Shown piece after piece: positions 24,801 to 36,959 of a DNA stretch of 64,000 nucleotides; position 1 is the stretch's first letter, and every line of letters begins with the position of its first letter. The DNA is from Eledone cirrhosa (taxonomy: Eukaryota). Position numbers and translations under genes: made by a program. Where the stretch lies: NCBI GenBank assembly GCA_964016885.1, contig OZ024763.1, positions 14,136,001-14,200,000 on the forward strand. The letters are read 5' to 3'. The notes below the pieces were generated by a model that was not told where the DNA came from, made no database searches, and saw nothing but the letters and a program-made list of their open reading frames with translations.

Positions 24801-27800
24801 TGGAGAGAGGGATGGATGGAAGGAGAGAGTGAGCAATGGAGAGAGAGGGATGGATGGATAGAGAGAGAAAGGGGTGGATAGAAGGAGAGAGTGAGGAATG
24901 GAGAGAGAGAGAGAGAGTAGGATGGATGGATAGAGAGGGATGGATAGAGATGGAAGGATGGAGAGAGATGAAAGGATAGAGAGAGAGAGGGATGGAGCGA
25001 GGGATGGAGAGAGAGAGGGATGGAGAGAGAGGGATGGATAGAGAGAGAGAGGGATGGATGGAGAGAGAGAGGGAGAATGATGGATGGAGAGAGGGATGGA
25101 TAGGAGAGAGGGAGAATGATGGATGGAGAGAGGGATGGATGGAAGGAGAGAGGGATGGAAGGATAGAGAGAGGGATGGAAGGATAGAGAGAGGGATGGAT
25201 GTAGAGAGCGATGGATGGAAGGAGAGAGAGAGGGATGGCAGGAGAGAGAGAGGGATGGCAGGAGAGAGAGGGGTCAAGAGAGGAATGGATGGAGAGAGAG
25301 AGAGAGAGAGAGAAGGAAGGATAGAGAGAGAGGGAAGGATAGAGAGAGAGAGGGATAGAGAGAGAGAGAGGGATGGAAGGAGAGGGATGGGTGGAGAGAG
25401 AGAGAGAGAGGGATGGACCGATAGAGAGAGAAGGATGGATGGAGAGAGGGATGGAATGGACAGAGAGAGATGGAAGGAGAGAGAGAGATGGAAGGAGAGA
25501 GATGGATGGAAGGGGAGGGAGAGAGAGAGGGATGGAAGGGGAGGGAGAGAGAGAGGGGTATGGATGGAGAGGGAGAGAGAGAGGGGTATGGATGGAGAGG
25601 GAGAGAGAGGGTATGGATGTAGAGAGAGGGATGGATGGAAGGAGAGAGAGGGGTGGATGGAGAGAGGGAGGGATAGATGTAGGGAGAGGGGTGGATGAAG
25701 AGAGAGGGAGATGGAAGGAGAGGGAGGATAGAGAGAGAGAGGGGTGGATAGAGAGAGGGGGGGTGGATAGAGAGAGAGAGAGAGATGCAGAGAGAGAGGG
25801 ATGGAGGGAGAATGATGAATGGAGAGAGGGATGGATGGAGGGAGAATGATGAATGGAGAGAGAATGATGAATGGAGAGAGGGATGGATGTAGAGAGAGGG
25901 GTGGATGGAGGGAGAGAGAGGGGTGGAGGGATGGAGAGAGGGGGTGGATAGAGGGAGAGGGGTGGATGGAGAGAGAGGGATGGAGAGAGAGGGAGAAGGA
26001 TGGATGGAGAGAGAGAGAGGGAGAAGGATGGATGGAAGGAGAGAGAGAGGGAGGAATGGATGGAGAGAGAGGGATGGAAGGATAGAGAGAGGGATGGAAG
26101 GAGAGAGAGAGGGATGGATGGAGAGAGAGAGGGATGGATGGAGGGAGAGGGATGGAAGGAGAGAGAGAGGGATGGAAGGAGAGAGAGAGGGAGTACGATG
26201 AATGGAGAGGGATGGATGTAGAGAGAGGAAGTACGATGAATGGAGAGAGGGATGGATGTAGAGAGAGGGAGGGATGGATGTAGAGAGAGAGAGGGGTGGA
26301 TGGAAGGATGGAGAGAGAGGGGTGGATGGAAGGATGGAGAGAGAGGGGTGGATGAAGAGAGAGAGGGATGGATGAAGAGAGAGAGGAATGGGGAGAGAGA
26401 GATGGAAGGATAGAGAGAGGGATGGATGGAAGGAGAGAGAGAGAGATGGAAGGATAGAGAGAGAGAGGGATGGAAGGTGAGAGAGAGAGAGAGGGGGGAA
26501 AGGGATGGAAGGAGAGAGAGTAGGGATGGATGGAGAGAGGGAAGGATGGATAGAGAGAGGAAGAGGGATGGAGAGAGGGAGGAATGGAGAGAGAGGGGGT
26601 AGGAGAGAGAGAGAGGGGGTAGGGATGGATGGATAGAGAGGAATGGAAGGAGAGAGAGGGGGATGGATGGAGAGAGAGGAATGGATGGAGAGAGAGGGAT
26701 GGAAGGAGAGAGAGAGAGGGATGCATGGAGAGAGAGAGATTAGGGATGGATGGATAGAGAGAGGAATGGAAGGAGAGAAAGAGAGAGGGGGATGGATGGA
26801 GAGAGGGAGTAGGGATGGATGGATAGAGAGAGGGATGGAAGGATAGAGAGAGAGAGGGAAGGATAGAGAGAGAGAGGGAAGGATGGATAGAGAGAGGAAG
26901 AGGGATGGAGAGAGAGGGAGGGATGGAGAGAGAGGGGGTAGGAGAGAGAGAGGGGGATGGATGGATAGAGAGAGGAATGGAAGGAGAGAGAGAGAGGGTG
27001 ATGGATGGAGAGAGAGGAATGGATGGAGAGAGGGAGAGAGGGGGATGGATGGAGAGAGAGGAATGGATGGAGAGAGGGAGAGAGGGGGATGGATGGAGAG
27101 AGAGGAATGGATGGAGAGAGGGATGGAAGGAGAGAGAGAGAGAGAGAGAGAGAGAGGGATGGATGTATATATATATATATAGAGAGAGAGAGGGATGGAT
27201 GTATAGAGAGAGAGAGAGGGATGGAAGGAGAGAGAGAGAGGGATGGAAGGAGAGAGAGAGAGGGATGGAAGGAGAGAGAGAGAGAGATGGAAGGAGAGAG
27301 AGAGAGGGATGGAAGGAGAGAGAGAGATGGATGTATAGAGAGAGAGAGGGATGGAAGGAGAGAGGGATGGAAGGAGAGAGAGAGAGAGATGGAGAGAGAG
27401 AGAGAGGGATGGAGAGAGAGAGAGAGAGGGATGGAGAGAGAGAGAGGGATGGGGAGAGAGAGAGAGAGAGAGAGAGGGATGGGGAGAGAGAGAGAGAGAG
27501 AGAGAGATGGATGGAGAGAGAGTGAGGAATGGAAGGAGAGAGAGAGATATGGATGGAGAAAGTGAGGGAAGGATAGAGAGGGAAGGATAGTGAGGGAAGG
27601 ATAGAGAGTGAGGGAAGGATAGAGAGAGGGAGAATGATGAACGTGGAGAGGGATGGATAGAGAGAGAGGGATGGATGGAGAGAGAGAGGGATGGATGGAA
27701 GGAGAGAGTGAGGAATGGAGAGAGAGGGATGGATGGAAGGAGAGAGTGAGGAATGGAGAGAGAGGGATGGATGGAAGGAGAGAGTGAGGAATGGATTTCC

Positions 27801-28180
27801 GGAGAGAGAGAGAGAGAGATGGATGTAGAGAGAGAGAGGGTTGGATGGATAGAGAGAGAGGGTTGGATGGATAGAGAGAGAGAGATGGAAGGATAGAGAG
27901 AGAGAGATGGATGAGAGAGAGAGATGGATGAGAGAGAGAGGTGGATGGAAGGAGAGAGTGAGGGATGGAAGGAGGTGGATGGAAGGAGAGAGTGAGGGAT
28001 GGAAGGAGAGGGATGGAAGGAGAGAGAGAGGGATGGATGGAAGGAGAGAGAGTGGTGGATGGAAGGAGAGAGAGAGAGATGGATGGAGAGAGATGGATGG
28101 AAGGAGAGAGAGAGGGGTATGGTTGAGAGGGAGAGAGAGGGTTATGGATGGAGAGAGGGAGAGGGATGGAGAGAGAGAAA
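20553..28180. repeat. 7.6 kb GA/GGAT/GGAA purine-strand low-complexity block
   Basis: The plus strand is almost free of C. Recurrent words include gagagagggatggatggaag, gggagaatgatgaatgg and gagtgaggaatgg. Confidence 0.97.
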
Positions 28181-28309
28181 TAGAAAAACATGTAAGACTT
28201 ACCTATTTGTGATGTCAAATAAAGTTTGACAGTACTTTTAGATTTTACAATTATAGGAATGACTCGACATGATAACTACACAAGATAGAAAATATACAGA
28301 AAGTAATAT

Positions 28310-28462
28310 AATTGTTTCTACTTTTGGCACAAGTCCAGCAATTACCCACTGGTAATTTATTTTATCGACCCCGTAATGATGAAAGACAGTTAACCTCGGC
28401 CGGATTTGAACTCAGAATGGAAAGGGGCGTAATTCTATGCGTCAAAGCATGGCGTCCGACGG
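28310..28462 (-). mobile_element. tRNA-derived SINE, 5'-truncated
   Basis: aattgtttctacttttggcacaag...gatgaaagacagttaacctcggccggatttgaactcagaatgg. Confidence 0.85.
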
Positions 28463-28770
28463 TGTAGTGTGGTGATATGTGTGGTGATGTGTGTGGTGTG
28501 GTGTGTAGAAGGTGATGTGTGTGGTGTGTAGAAGGTGATGTGTGTGGTGTGTAGAAGGTGATGTGTGTGGTGTGGTGTGTAGAAGGTAATGTGCATTGTG
28601 TAGTGTGTAGAGTGTGGTGTGTAGAGTATAATGTGTGGTGTGTAGAACATAATGTGTGGTCAGTGATGTGTATGGCGTGGTGTGTGCACATGGTGTATGA
28701 GTACACGTGTGGAGTATGTGGTGTGTAACGAGGGTGTGGTGTAATTGTGTGTATGTGTGAGTGTTTAATG
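28462..28770. repeat. GT-rich degenerate tandem repeat (gtgtagaaggtgatgtgtgtggt-like)
   Basis: Visible ~23-bp repetition. Confidence 0.85.
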
Positions 28771-29107
28771 TGCTGTGTTAATGAGTGGACTGGAGTAAAA
28801 AGGAGTCACACAATCTTTAAAAGACCCTAAATTAACTTGCCCTAATTACTATATATACTCAAATAAAAAAGGGATTGGCTTATAATTGAGAAATAGGACA
28901 GAATCCAAACCCCATTTATAAGCCATGGTGGCTAATCAACAGACGACAGTTTTGAAATTCTCATGAGTGGAGAATATATTTATGAAGTTTTAAGTGTCAT
29001 TTAGAGTATAGTTTTTATTTCACTTCTTTATGTAATGAGTTACCATTTTCTGATTGATTTCAAGGTCATATTCATTAAAATCATCCAACATAATAGCAAA
29101 TACAAAT

Positions 29108-32036
29108 TTCACCTCCAAATTGAAACTGGTGTAATATATCCACATCCAAAGTGTAAACTGGTGTAATATTCCAAAGTGTAAACTGGTGTAATATTCCAAA
29201 GTGAAACTGGTGAAATATTCACCTCCAAAGTGAAACTGGTGTAATATATCCACCACCAAAGTGAAACTGGTGTAATATATTCACCTGCAAAGTGAAACAG
29301 GTGTAATATATCCACATCCAAAGTGAAACTGGTGCAATATTCACCTACAAAGTGAAACTGGTGTAATATTCCAAAGTGAAATTGTAATATTCCAAAGTGA
29401 AACTGGTGTAATATTCCAAAGTGAAACTGGTGTAATATTCACCTCCAAAGTGCAAACTGGTGTAATATTCACCTCCAAAGTGTAAACTGGTGTAATATTC
29501 ACCTCCAAAGTGTAAACTGGTGTAATATTCACCTCCAAAGTGTAAACTGGTGTAATATTCACATCCAAAGTGAAACTGGTGTAATATTCCAAAGTGAAAC
29601 TGGTGTAATAATCCAAAATGAAACTGGTGTAATATATCCACCACCAAAGTGAAACTGGTGTAATATATTCACCTGCAAAGTGAAACAGGTGTAATATATC
29701 CACATCCAAAGTGAAACTGGTGCAATATTCACCTACAAAGTGAAACTGGTGTAATATTTCAAAGTGAAACTGGTGTAATATTCCAAAGTGAAACTGGTGT
29801 AATATTCCAAAGTGAAACTGGTGTAATATTCCAAAGTGAAACTGGTGTAATATTCCAAAGTGAAACTGGTGTAAAATTCACCTCCAAAGTGTAAACTGGT
29901 GTAATAATCCAAAGTGAAACTGGTGTAATATATTCACCTGCAAAGTGAAACTGGTGTAATATTCCAAAGTGAAACTGGTGTAATATATCCACCACCAAAG
30001 TGAAACTGGTGTAATATATTCACCTGCAAAGTGAAACTGGTGTAATATTCCAAAGTGAAACTGGTGTAATATATTCACCTGCAAAGTGAAACTGGTGTAA
30101 TATTCCAAAGTGAAATTGGTGTAATATTCCAAAGTGAAACTGGTGTAATATTCACCTCCAAAGTGTAAACTGGTGTAATATTCCAAAGTGAAACTGGTAT
30201 AATAATCCAAAATGAAACTGGTGTAATATATCCACCACCAAAGTGAAACTGGTGTAATATATTCACCTGCAAAGAGAAACAGGTGCAATATATCCACATC
30301 CAAAGTGAAACTGGTGTAATATATTCACCTGCAAAGTGAAACTGGTGTAATATATTCACGTGCAAAGTGAAACTGGTGTAATATATCCACGTGCAAAGTG
30401 AAACTGGTGTAATATATTCACCTGCAAAGTGAAACTAGTGTAATATATCCAAAGTGAAACTGGTGTAATATTCTAAAGTGTAAACTGATGTAATATTCCA
30501 AAGTGAAACTGGTGTAATATATCCACCACCAAAGTGAAACTGGTGTAATATATCCACCTGCAAAGTGAAACTGGTGTAATATATTCACCTGCAAAGTGAA
30601 ACTGGTGTAATATATTCACCTGCAAAGTGAAACTGGTGTAATATATCCACCTCCAAAGTGAAACTGGTGTAATATTCCAAAGTGAAACTGGTGTAATATT
30701 CACCACCAAAGTGTAAACTGGTGTAATATTCCAAAGTGAAACTGGTGTAATATTCACCTCCAAAGTGTAAACTGGTGTAATATTCCAAAGTGAAACTGGT
30801 GTAATATATCCACCACTAAATTGCAACTGGTGCAATATTCACCTGCAAAGTGAAACAGGTGTAATATATCCACATCCAAAGTGAAACTGGTGTAATATAT
30901 CCACCTCCAAAGTGAAACTGGTGCAATATTCACCTACAAAGTGAAACTGGTGTAATATTCCAAAGTGAAACTGGTGTAATATTCACCCCCAAACTGTAAA
31001 CTGGTGTAATATTCACCTCCAAAGTGTAAACTGGTGTAATATTCCAAAGTGAAACTGGTGTAATATTCACCTCCAAAGTGTAAACTGGTGTAATATTCCA
31101 AAGTGAAACTGGTGTAATATTCCAAAGTGAAACTGGTGAAATATTCACCTCCAAAGTGAAACTGGTTAATATATCCACCACCAAAGTGAAACTGGTGTAA
31201 TATATCCACCACCAAAGTGAAACAGGTGTAATATATCCACCACCAAAGTGAAACAGGTGTAATATATCCACATCCAAAGTGAAACTGGTGTAATATATCC
31301 ACCTCCAAAGTGAAACTGGTGCAATATTCACCTCCAAAGTGAAATTGTTGTAATATTCCAAAGTGAAACTGGTGTAATATTCCAAAGTGTAAACTGGTGT
31401 AATATTCCAAAGTGAAACTGGTGTAATATTCACCTCCAAAGTGTAAACTGGTGTAATATTCCAAAGTGAAACTGGTGTAATATTCACCTCCAAAGTGTAA
31501 ACTGGTGTAATATTCCAAAGTGAAACTGGTGAAATATTCACCTCCAAAGTGAAACTGGTGTAATATTCCAAAATGAAACTGGTGTAATATTCCAAAATGA
31601 AACTGGTGTAATATTCCAAAGTGAAACTGGTGTAATATTCTAAAGTGAAACTGGAGTAATATTCACCTCCAAAGTGTAAACTGGTGTAATATTCCAAAGT
31701 GAAACTGGTGTAATATTCACCTCCAAAGTGTAAAATGGTGTAATATTCTAAAGTGAAACTGGTGTAATATTCACCTCCAAAGTGTAAACTGGTGTAATAT
31801 TGCAAAGTGAAACTGGTGTAATATATCCACCACCAAAGTGAAACTGGTGCAATATTCACCTACAAAGTGAAACCGGTGTAATATTCCAAAGTGAAACTGG
31901 TGTAATATTCACCCCCAAAGTGTAAACTGGTGTAATATTCCAAAGTGAAACTGGTGTAATATTCACCTCCAAAGTGAAACTGGTGTAATATTCACCTTCA
32001 AAGTGAAACTGGTGCAACATTCATCTCCAAAGAGAA
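29108..32036. repeat. Minisatellite of roughly 100 units, core ccaaagtgaaactggtgtaatatt (24 bp; 25-31 bp variants)
   Basis: Direct tandem repetition with cacct, atccacca or attcacctg inserts. Copy number is estimated from array length. Confidence 0.96.
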
Positions 32037-32389
32037 AATATTATAGCACCTCATTTACATATAATTTTTAAGTTGGTGAAATCAAAATATTGACCTCGAA
32101 GACAAGTCCTCCTCCCTATTTTACCATCAATATTTTGTCTCATTTATCGACATATATACAAGTATATACAATATTTACTTTACATAAATTATCAAAAGAT
32201 TTGCTATTTATGTAAACAGAATTATCCGAAACTAAATCTAATAAAATTTCTTTTAATTAAATTTAAGAAAAAAAAAATAGTTTGAAAGAAAACTAGAGAT
32301 CACTGCTCCGACCAAGGGTAGGAGTCACTGATTTTGACCAAGGTGTAGGGGTCACGACATACAAAATAAACAGTACTCACTGTAAATGA

Positions 32390-32538
32390 GGTTAGCATTT
32401 GGAAAGGCTTCCAGCTGTTAAAGCGAAGCCAAGATCAGTTCTGTATGAGCAAGACATGGTCACCTGACCTGGCTTTGCCCACAATAGGACAACTCGTCTA
32501 ACCCATGCAAGCGTAGAAAAATGGACATTAAATTGTGA
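32390..32538 (+). mobile_element. RTE-type SINE/LINE 3' tail fragment
   Basis: ggaaaggcttccagctgttaaag...cgtctaacccatgcaagcgtagaaaaatggacattaaa resembles the tail at 33305-33340. Confidence 0.6.
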
Positions 32539-32558
32539 TTATATATATATATATATAT

Positions 32559-32692
<134 letters not shown>

Positions 32693-32885
32693 TCTCGGGT
32701 TCAATCGAGGGGGAAACCACAGTAGGTAAAGTACTCAATACATTAGTAGAGTATATACAAAATATAATATAGAAATAGCTTCTACAGGACTAGGAATATT
32801 TCATTCGAAGGAAATCATTAGGAAAGCCCCGATTTCCTTGAAATGAAAGTTCTAGTCCTGTAGAAGTCATTTCTATATCATTCTG

Positions 32886-33345
32886 TTGACAAAGGGTTTC
32901 TCCCTACGAACGAAAATCCAGTTATATGATGCCTGTGTGAGATGGGCAGCAACTGCGGAGGATATGCGACGGCTGGAGAGAAATGAATCAAGCATGCTCC
33001 GTTGGATGTGCAATGTCAATGTGTGTGAACGACCAAGTATAGACGAGTTGAAAAAGAAACTGGGAATAAGAGGGATAAGTTGTGGTGTGCAGGAGAGAAG
33101 ACTGCGATGGTATGGACATGTGATGCGCATGGAGGATGACCGCTGGGTAAAGAAGTGCCAAGAAATCCCAGTAGAAGGAAGATGCAGTAGAGGAAGACCA
33201 CGAAAATCATGGGCAGGAGTGGTGAGAGCTGACCTCAGATCGCTGAAACTCACAGATGACGACGAAGGACAGTGACGATGGAGAGATGCTGTGCTGAATA
33301 GGACCCGTCCCACCCTTGCAAGCAGGAAAACTCAGACGTATGAAA
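32886..33345 (+). mobile_element. RTE-clade LINE 3' end (ORF2 C-terminus plus 3' UTR)
   Basis: ORF 32886..33275 has LYDACVR...MLRWMCNV...RRLRWYGHVMRM...VEGRCSRGRPRKSW, diagnostic of RTE ORF2. It is 5'-truncated and internally deleted. Confidence 0.92.
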
Positions 33346-33655
33346 AGATATATATATATATATATATGTATATATAAGAATCAAATATACTACTTGACCA
33401 ATATACTAATATGTATAGATAATATAGATATAACAAACCTGTTGGTATAAACATCAACACTGGTAGACTCCTTCAGTACAGGAGAGGGGCAGATGATACT
33501 CCTGGCTTGTGTTTGATCAATAGCATCACTCCTTCCCTCTGGCACATAAATTTCTATTTGGTAGTGACCAGTTGTTTCCTCCTACTAAGAAAGAAATACC
33601 ACCAGGGGTCAGAAGGTTAATTTATGAGTTTTATTTATTTAGTTTATGTATCATA

Positions 33656-33738
33656 TACAGGGTGTCCCCCAAAAATGTATACACGCTTCAACAATATTCT
33701 TATAAATATGTGTATGCATTTTGGGGGGTAACCCTTTA
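33656..33738. mobile_element. Tc1/mariner-type MITE
   Basis: ta-cagggtgtcccccaaaaatgtatacac ... gtgtatgcattttggggggtaaccctt-ta: terminal inverted repeats with TA flanks. Confidence 0.7.
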
Positions 33739-34015
33739 TTTGTGGCTGAATTTTTGTGGTGGTGGTGGAAGGTTATTGTAGCTGAGGGAAGGAAGGAAGG
33801 GAGGGAGAATGTAGATTGTGTGTGTAAGTAGAAGAGAGAGAGAACCTGAGATGGGAGAGACACATACATGTATGTGTGTCTCCCATCTCACGTTCTCTCT
33901 CCCTTCTACTTGCACATGTGTATGTGTGTGTGTACCCCAACTCTTGGAGGAGTCGGGGCGCCATAAAGATGTAGAGTGTGCCTTGGGCATTTATAAACCT
34001 GGTGGAGCCCATCTC

Positions 34016-34049
<34 letters not shown>

Positions 34050-34077
34050 GAGAGAAAGAGAGAACACATACGCATGT

Positions 34078-34304
34078 TTAACCCTTTAGCATTTAAACCG
34101 GCCATATCTGGCCAGAATTCTCTCACCTCATTCTGTTCAAACCGACCGTAACTAGCCACCCATACTGATGTTAAGGTATTGTTTTCAACGTAAATAATAT
34201 CATCATCAAAATCTCAGATTCGATGTGAATAATTATGTGAGATCAAGTCTTTACTGTGAAAATACAATAGTAGATATAGAGTAATGTGAATGCTAAAGTG
34301 TTAA
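34078..34304. mobile_element. piggyBac-type MITE
   Basis: ttaa-ccctttagcatt ... aatgctaaagtg-ttaa: TTAA target duplication and CCC-starting terminal inverted repeat. Confidence 0.8.
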
Positions 34305-34669
34305 ATACACACAAACACACACACAAACATACATATACACAGCCTTAATATAAACCAACAATACTTACCATAGATATACAGTGTTGTTTACCATCTCCGG
34401 TCAGTTTAAACTGGAGATGGTAGACAGCCAGACCAATCTCAGAGATAATATTTACGTTTATGTTGACAGAGGGCAAATGGGTGGGTATTGGTGTGGTCAG
34501 CCAGAACAATGACGTCCCCTTCTTCTGTAAGGTTGCCAGGACGGGACTGGGTCACTACAAAATCAAAACAATATTTGTTATATGAACAGTGTGTGTGTGA
34601 GTAGGGGGGTAATTTTTTGTGTGGGGGTTAATTTAGAGAATATAGGGTTAACATCAACAATGTGGAGGT

Positions 34670-34965
34670 AATATGGCTAACATGAAGAGTGTGGTGTGTG
34701 TGTATGTGGGGGGCTAACATGAAGAGTGCGGTGGCGGGGGGGGGGGGGTAAACATGGCGAGAGTGTGGTGGGGGGCAAACATGGCGAAAGTGTGTGATGG
34801 GGGGACAAACATGGCGTGAGTGTGATGGGGGGACAAACATGGCGAGAGTGTGATGGGGGGACAAACATGGCGTGTGTGTGTGGGGGGACAAACATGGCGT
34901 GTGTGTGTGGGGGGACAAACATGGCGAGAGAGTGTGTGTGTGGGGGCTAACATGGAGATAGTGTG
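34670..34965. repeat. ~28-32 bp minisatellite (aacatggcg...gtgtg...ggggggaca)
   Basis: About ten tandem units. Confidence 0.88.
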
Positions 34966-35047
34966 GGGGCTTTTGAACAGAAGGGGATATAGTATGCGTG
35001 TAGTTGTAGAAGGGTAACGTGTGTGTGTGTGTAGAGAGAGAGAGAGA

Positions 35048-35270
35048 GGGGCACGTGGCCCAGTGGTAAGGGTCTTGGACTTACAATCATAACATCGTGG
35101 GTTCGATTCCTGGGTTCTGTGTTGTGTTCTTGAGCAAAACACTTCATTTCACGTTGCTCCAGTAAACTCAGCTGAAAATGAGTACCAACAATAGATGGAG
35201 GTTTAACCCTGCGATGGACTGGCACCCTGTCGAGGGTGGTGTCTTGTACTCTCAGTCGCTTCATGCCATA
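35048..35270 (+). mobile_element. tRNA-derived SINE with a Nin/Deu-like central domain
   Basis: A-box tggcccagtgg (35056) and B-box ggttcgattcc (35100), followed by gtgttcttgagcaaaacactt...aaatgagtacc...aaccctgcgatggactggc...gtcgcttcatgc. Confidence 0.85.
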
Positions 35271-35592
35271 ATGCATTGAAAATCTAAGTCGTTTAACTAC
35301 AGAGGTACAACGTCAAACCATTCTAGCCCATTACTATAAAAAGTTATTTCAAAAATAAATAGATGATAAATAGAAAAAGAGAAATGGGGAATACATATAC
35401 ATACACAAATATATATATATATATATTTATTTATTAAAATAACAGATTAAAGTTTAAGCAAAGAATCGCTGCTTTCACCCTTAACGGGATCTGTTATTTT
35501 AATAAATATTTGCTCTACGGTTCTTATATATTTGATATATATTCATCCTTATCGAGCCCTCTTTGGATTTTAGTCTTCAAATTTATTATTAT

Positions 35593-35637
<45 letters not shown>

Positions 35638-35679
35638 AGTGAGTTTTATTATTTATGGAAATATAATAATATCCCCCAC

Positions 35680-35720
<41 letters not shown>

Positions 35721-35723
<3 letters not shown>

Positions 35724-36465
35724 GTGGGGGATATTATTATATTGCCAGAAATAATAAAACTCACTTTTTGGTTTGGGTTGGATTTCACTTCCATATATTT
35801 TATATCTATCCCTATAGTTAATTTAACTAGCAATCAATGTTTTATTGATTGACCAACAGTTTTATATATATATATATATATATAGTCTCCCAGAGTTCTT
35901 TCGTCACACACCTGTGACATCAGTGATACTATTGTTTCTTCCTGTTGTATTGTAATGATGGTACAACAACCAATCAAAGGCCATAAGAAAGATTAAAGTG
36001 GTAGAAAAGCCAGGATCTACTATAAAATCCCTGAATTAGGGAAGCAACTGAAACAGAACCAAGAAAACCGAAGTAGAACAAAACCTGAATGGAACAACAA
36101 CAACCATACAAATACACACTAGTGACCAAAGATAGAATACAAACACGAACACAAACCAAACAGAAAACGCGCATAGAAACACATTCGGAAATCGAGACAA
36201 ATAAATAAACAATTGAATAAGTAAACATTACAATACAACGGGAGGAAACAATAATATCACTGATGATGTCACAAGTGTGTGATGAAAGAATTCAGACTAT
36301 AAATAAATATATATATATATATAAACAGTTGGTCAATCAATGATAAACATTGATTGCCAGCTAAATTAACTATAGGGATGTAGAATATACGGAAGCCAAA
36401 ACCAACCCAACCCAAACTGTTTTATTATATATTTCTAGCAATACTATAACAATATGACCCTCCCC
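35721..36465 (+). mobile_element. Probable Penelope-like element remnant with inverted ~240-bp termini
   Basis: Arms 35721-35957 and 36226-36465 are reverse complements. The interior at 35977-36039 encodes KAIRKIKVVEKPGSTIKSL, resembling a PLE RT-to-GIY-YIG linker. The arm carries ctgatga-stem-gaaa. Confidence 0.6.
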
Positions 36466-36671
36466 AAATATAATTTGTTTCGACATGCGATTTCATATAA
36501 AAAAACGTTGCAAACAAATTAGTTCGGATCTAGCTGTCGAAACATCTAGCTTCTGTGTTTTTCCTTTCCCTTTCCTTTATATTATATTATATTATATTAT
36601 ATATTTGTTTGTGCTTTCGTTCTGTAAATATTGTATTATATTTCTTTTTATAAGAAATATAATACAATTTT

Positions 36672-36863
36672 AAGGGCAGTAGATTGGCAGTATCAGTAGA
36701 GAGTCGGACACCATGCTTTGCAGCAAAGAGTCACGGCCCTTTACGCTCTCAGTTCAAATCCCGCTGAGGTTAACTTTACCTTTCATCCTTACGGGGTAGA
36801 TAAAATAAAGTACCAGTCATGCACTGGGATAATTGCTGGCCTTGTGCCAAAAGTAGAAACAAT
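36672..36863 (+). mobile_element. Full-length tRNA-derived SINE
   Basis: gggcagtagattggcagtatcagtagag...cagttcaaatcccgctgaggttaactttacctttcatcc...gtagaaacaat. Confidence 0.9.
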
Positions 36864-36959
36864 GATATTTCTTTTTATACAAAATAAAATTTAAATCATC
36901 TATAATACTTAGATACAACAATACAATAAAAATATTGCAAATGAGAGGTGTCATTTACC

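Noticed and set aside
20492-28218. Very long minus-strand ORFs (1354, 1606, 459 and 492 aa) and many plus-strand E/R/G/W-rich ORFs
   Set aside because: These are translations of a pyrimidine/purine low-complexity tract that rarely contains stop codons. They are open in several frames, have no domain, and are not conserved in the second block.
29108-32036. CRISPR-like regular repeat array, and its repetitive ORFs
   Set aside because: The linkers are 0-7 nt from a tiny vocabulary rather than unique spacers. There are no cas genes and the context is eukaryotic. The ORFs are repeat translations.
32886-33275. 129-aa ORF as a host gene
   Set aside because: It is a truncated RTE retrotransposon ORF2 C-terminus.
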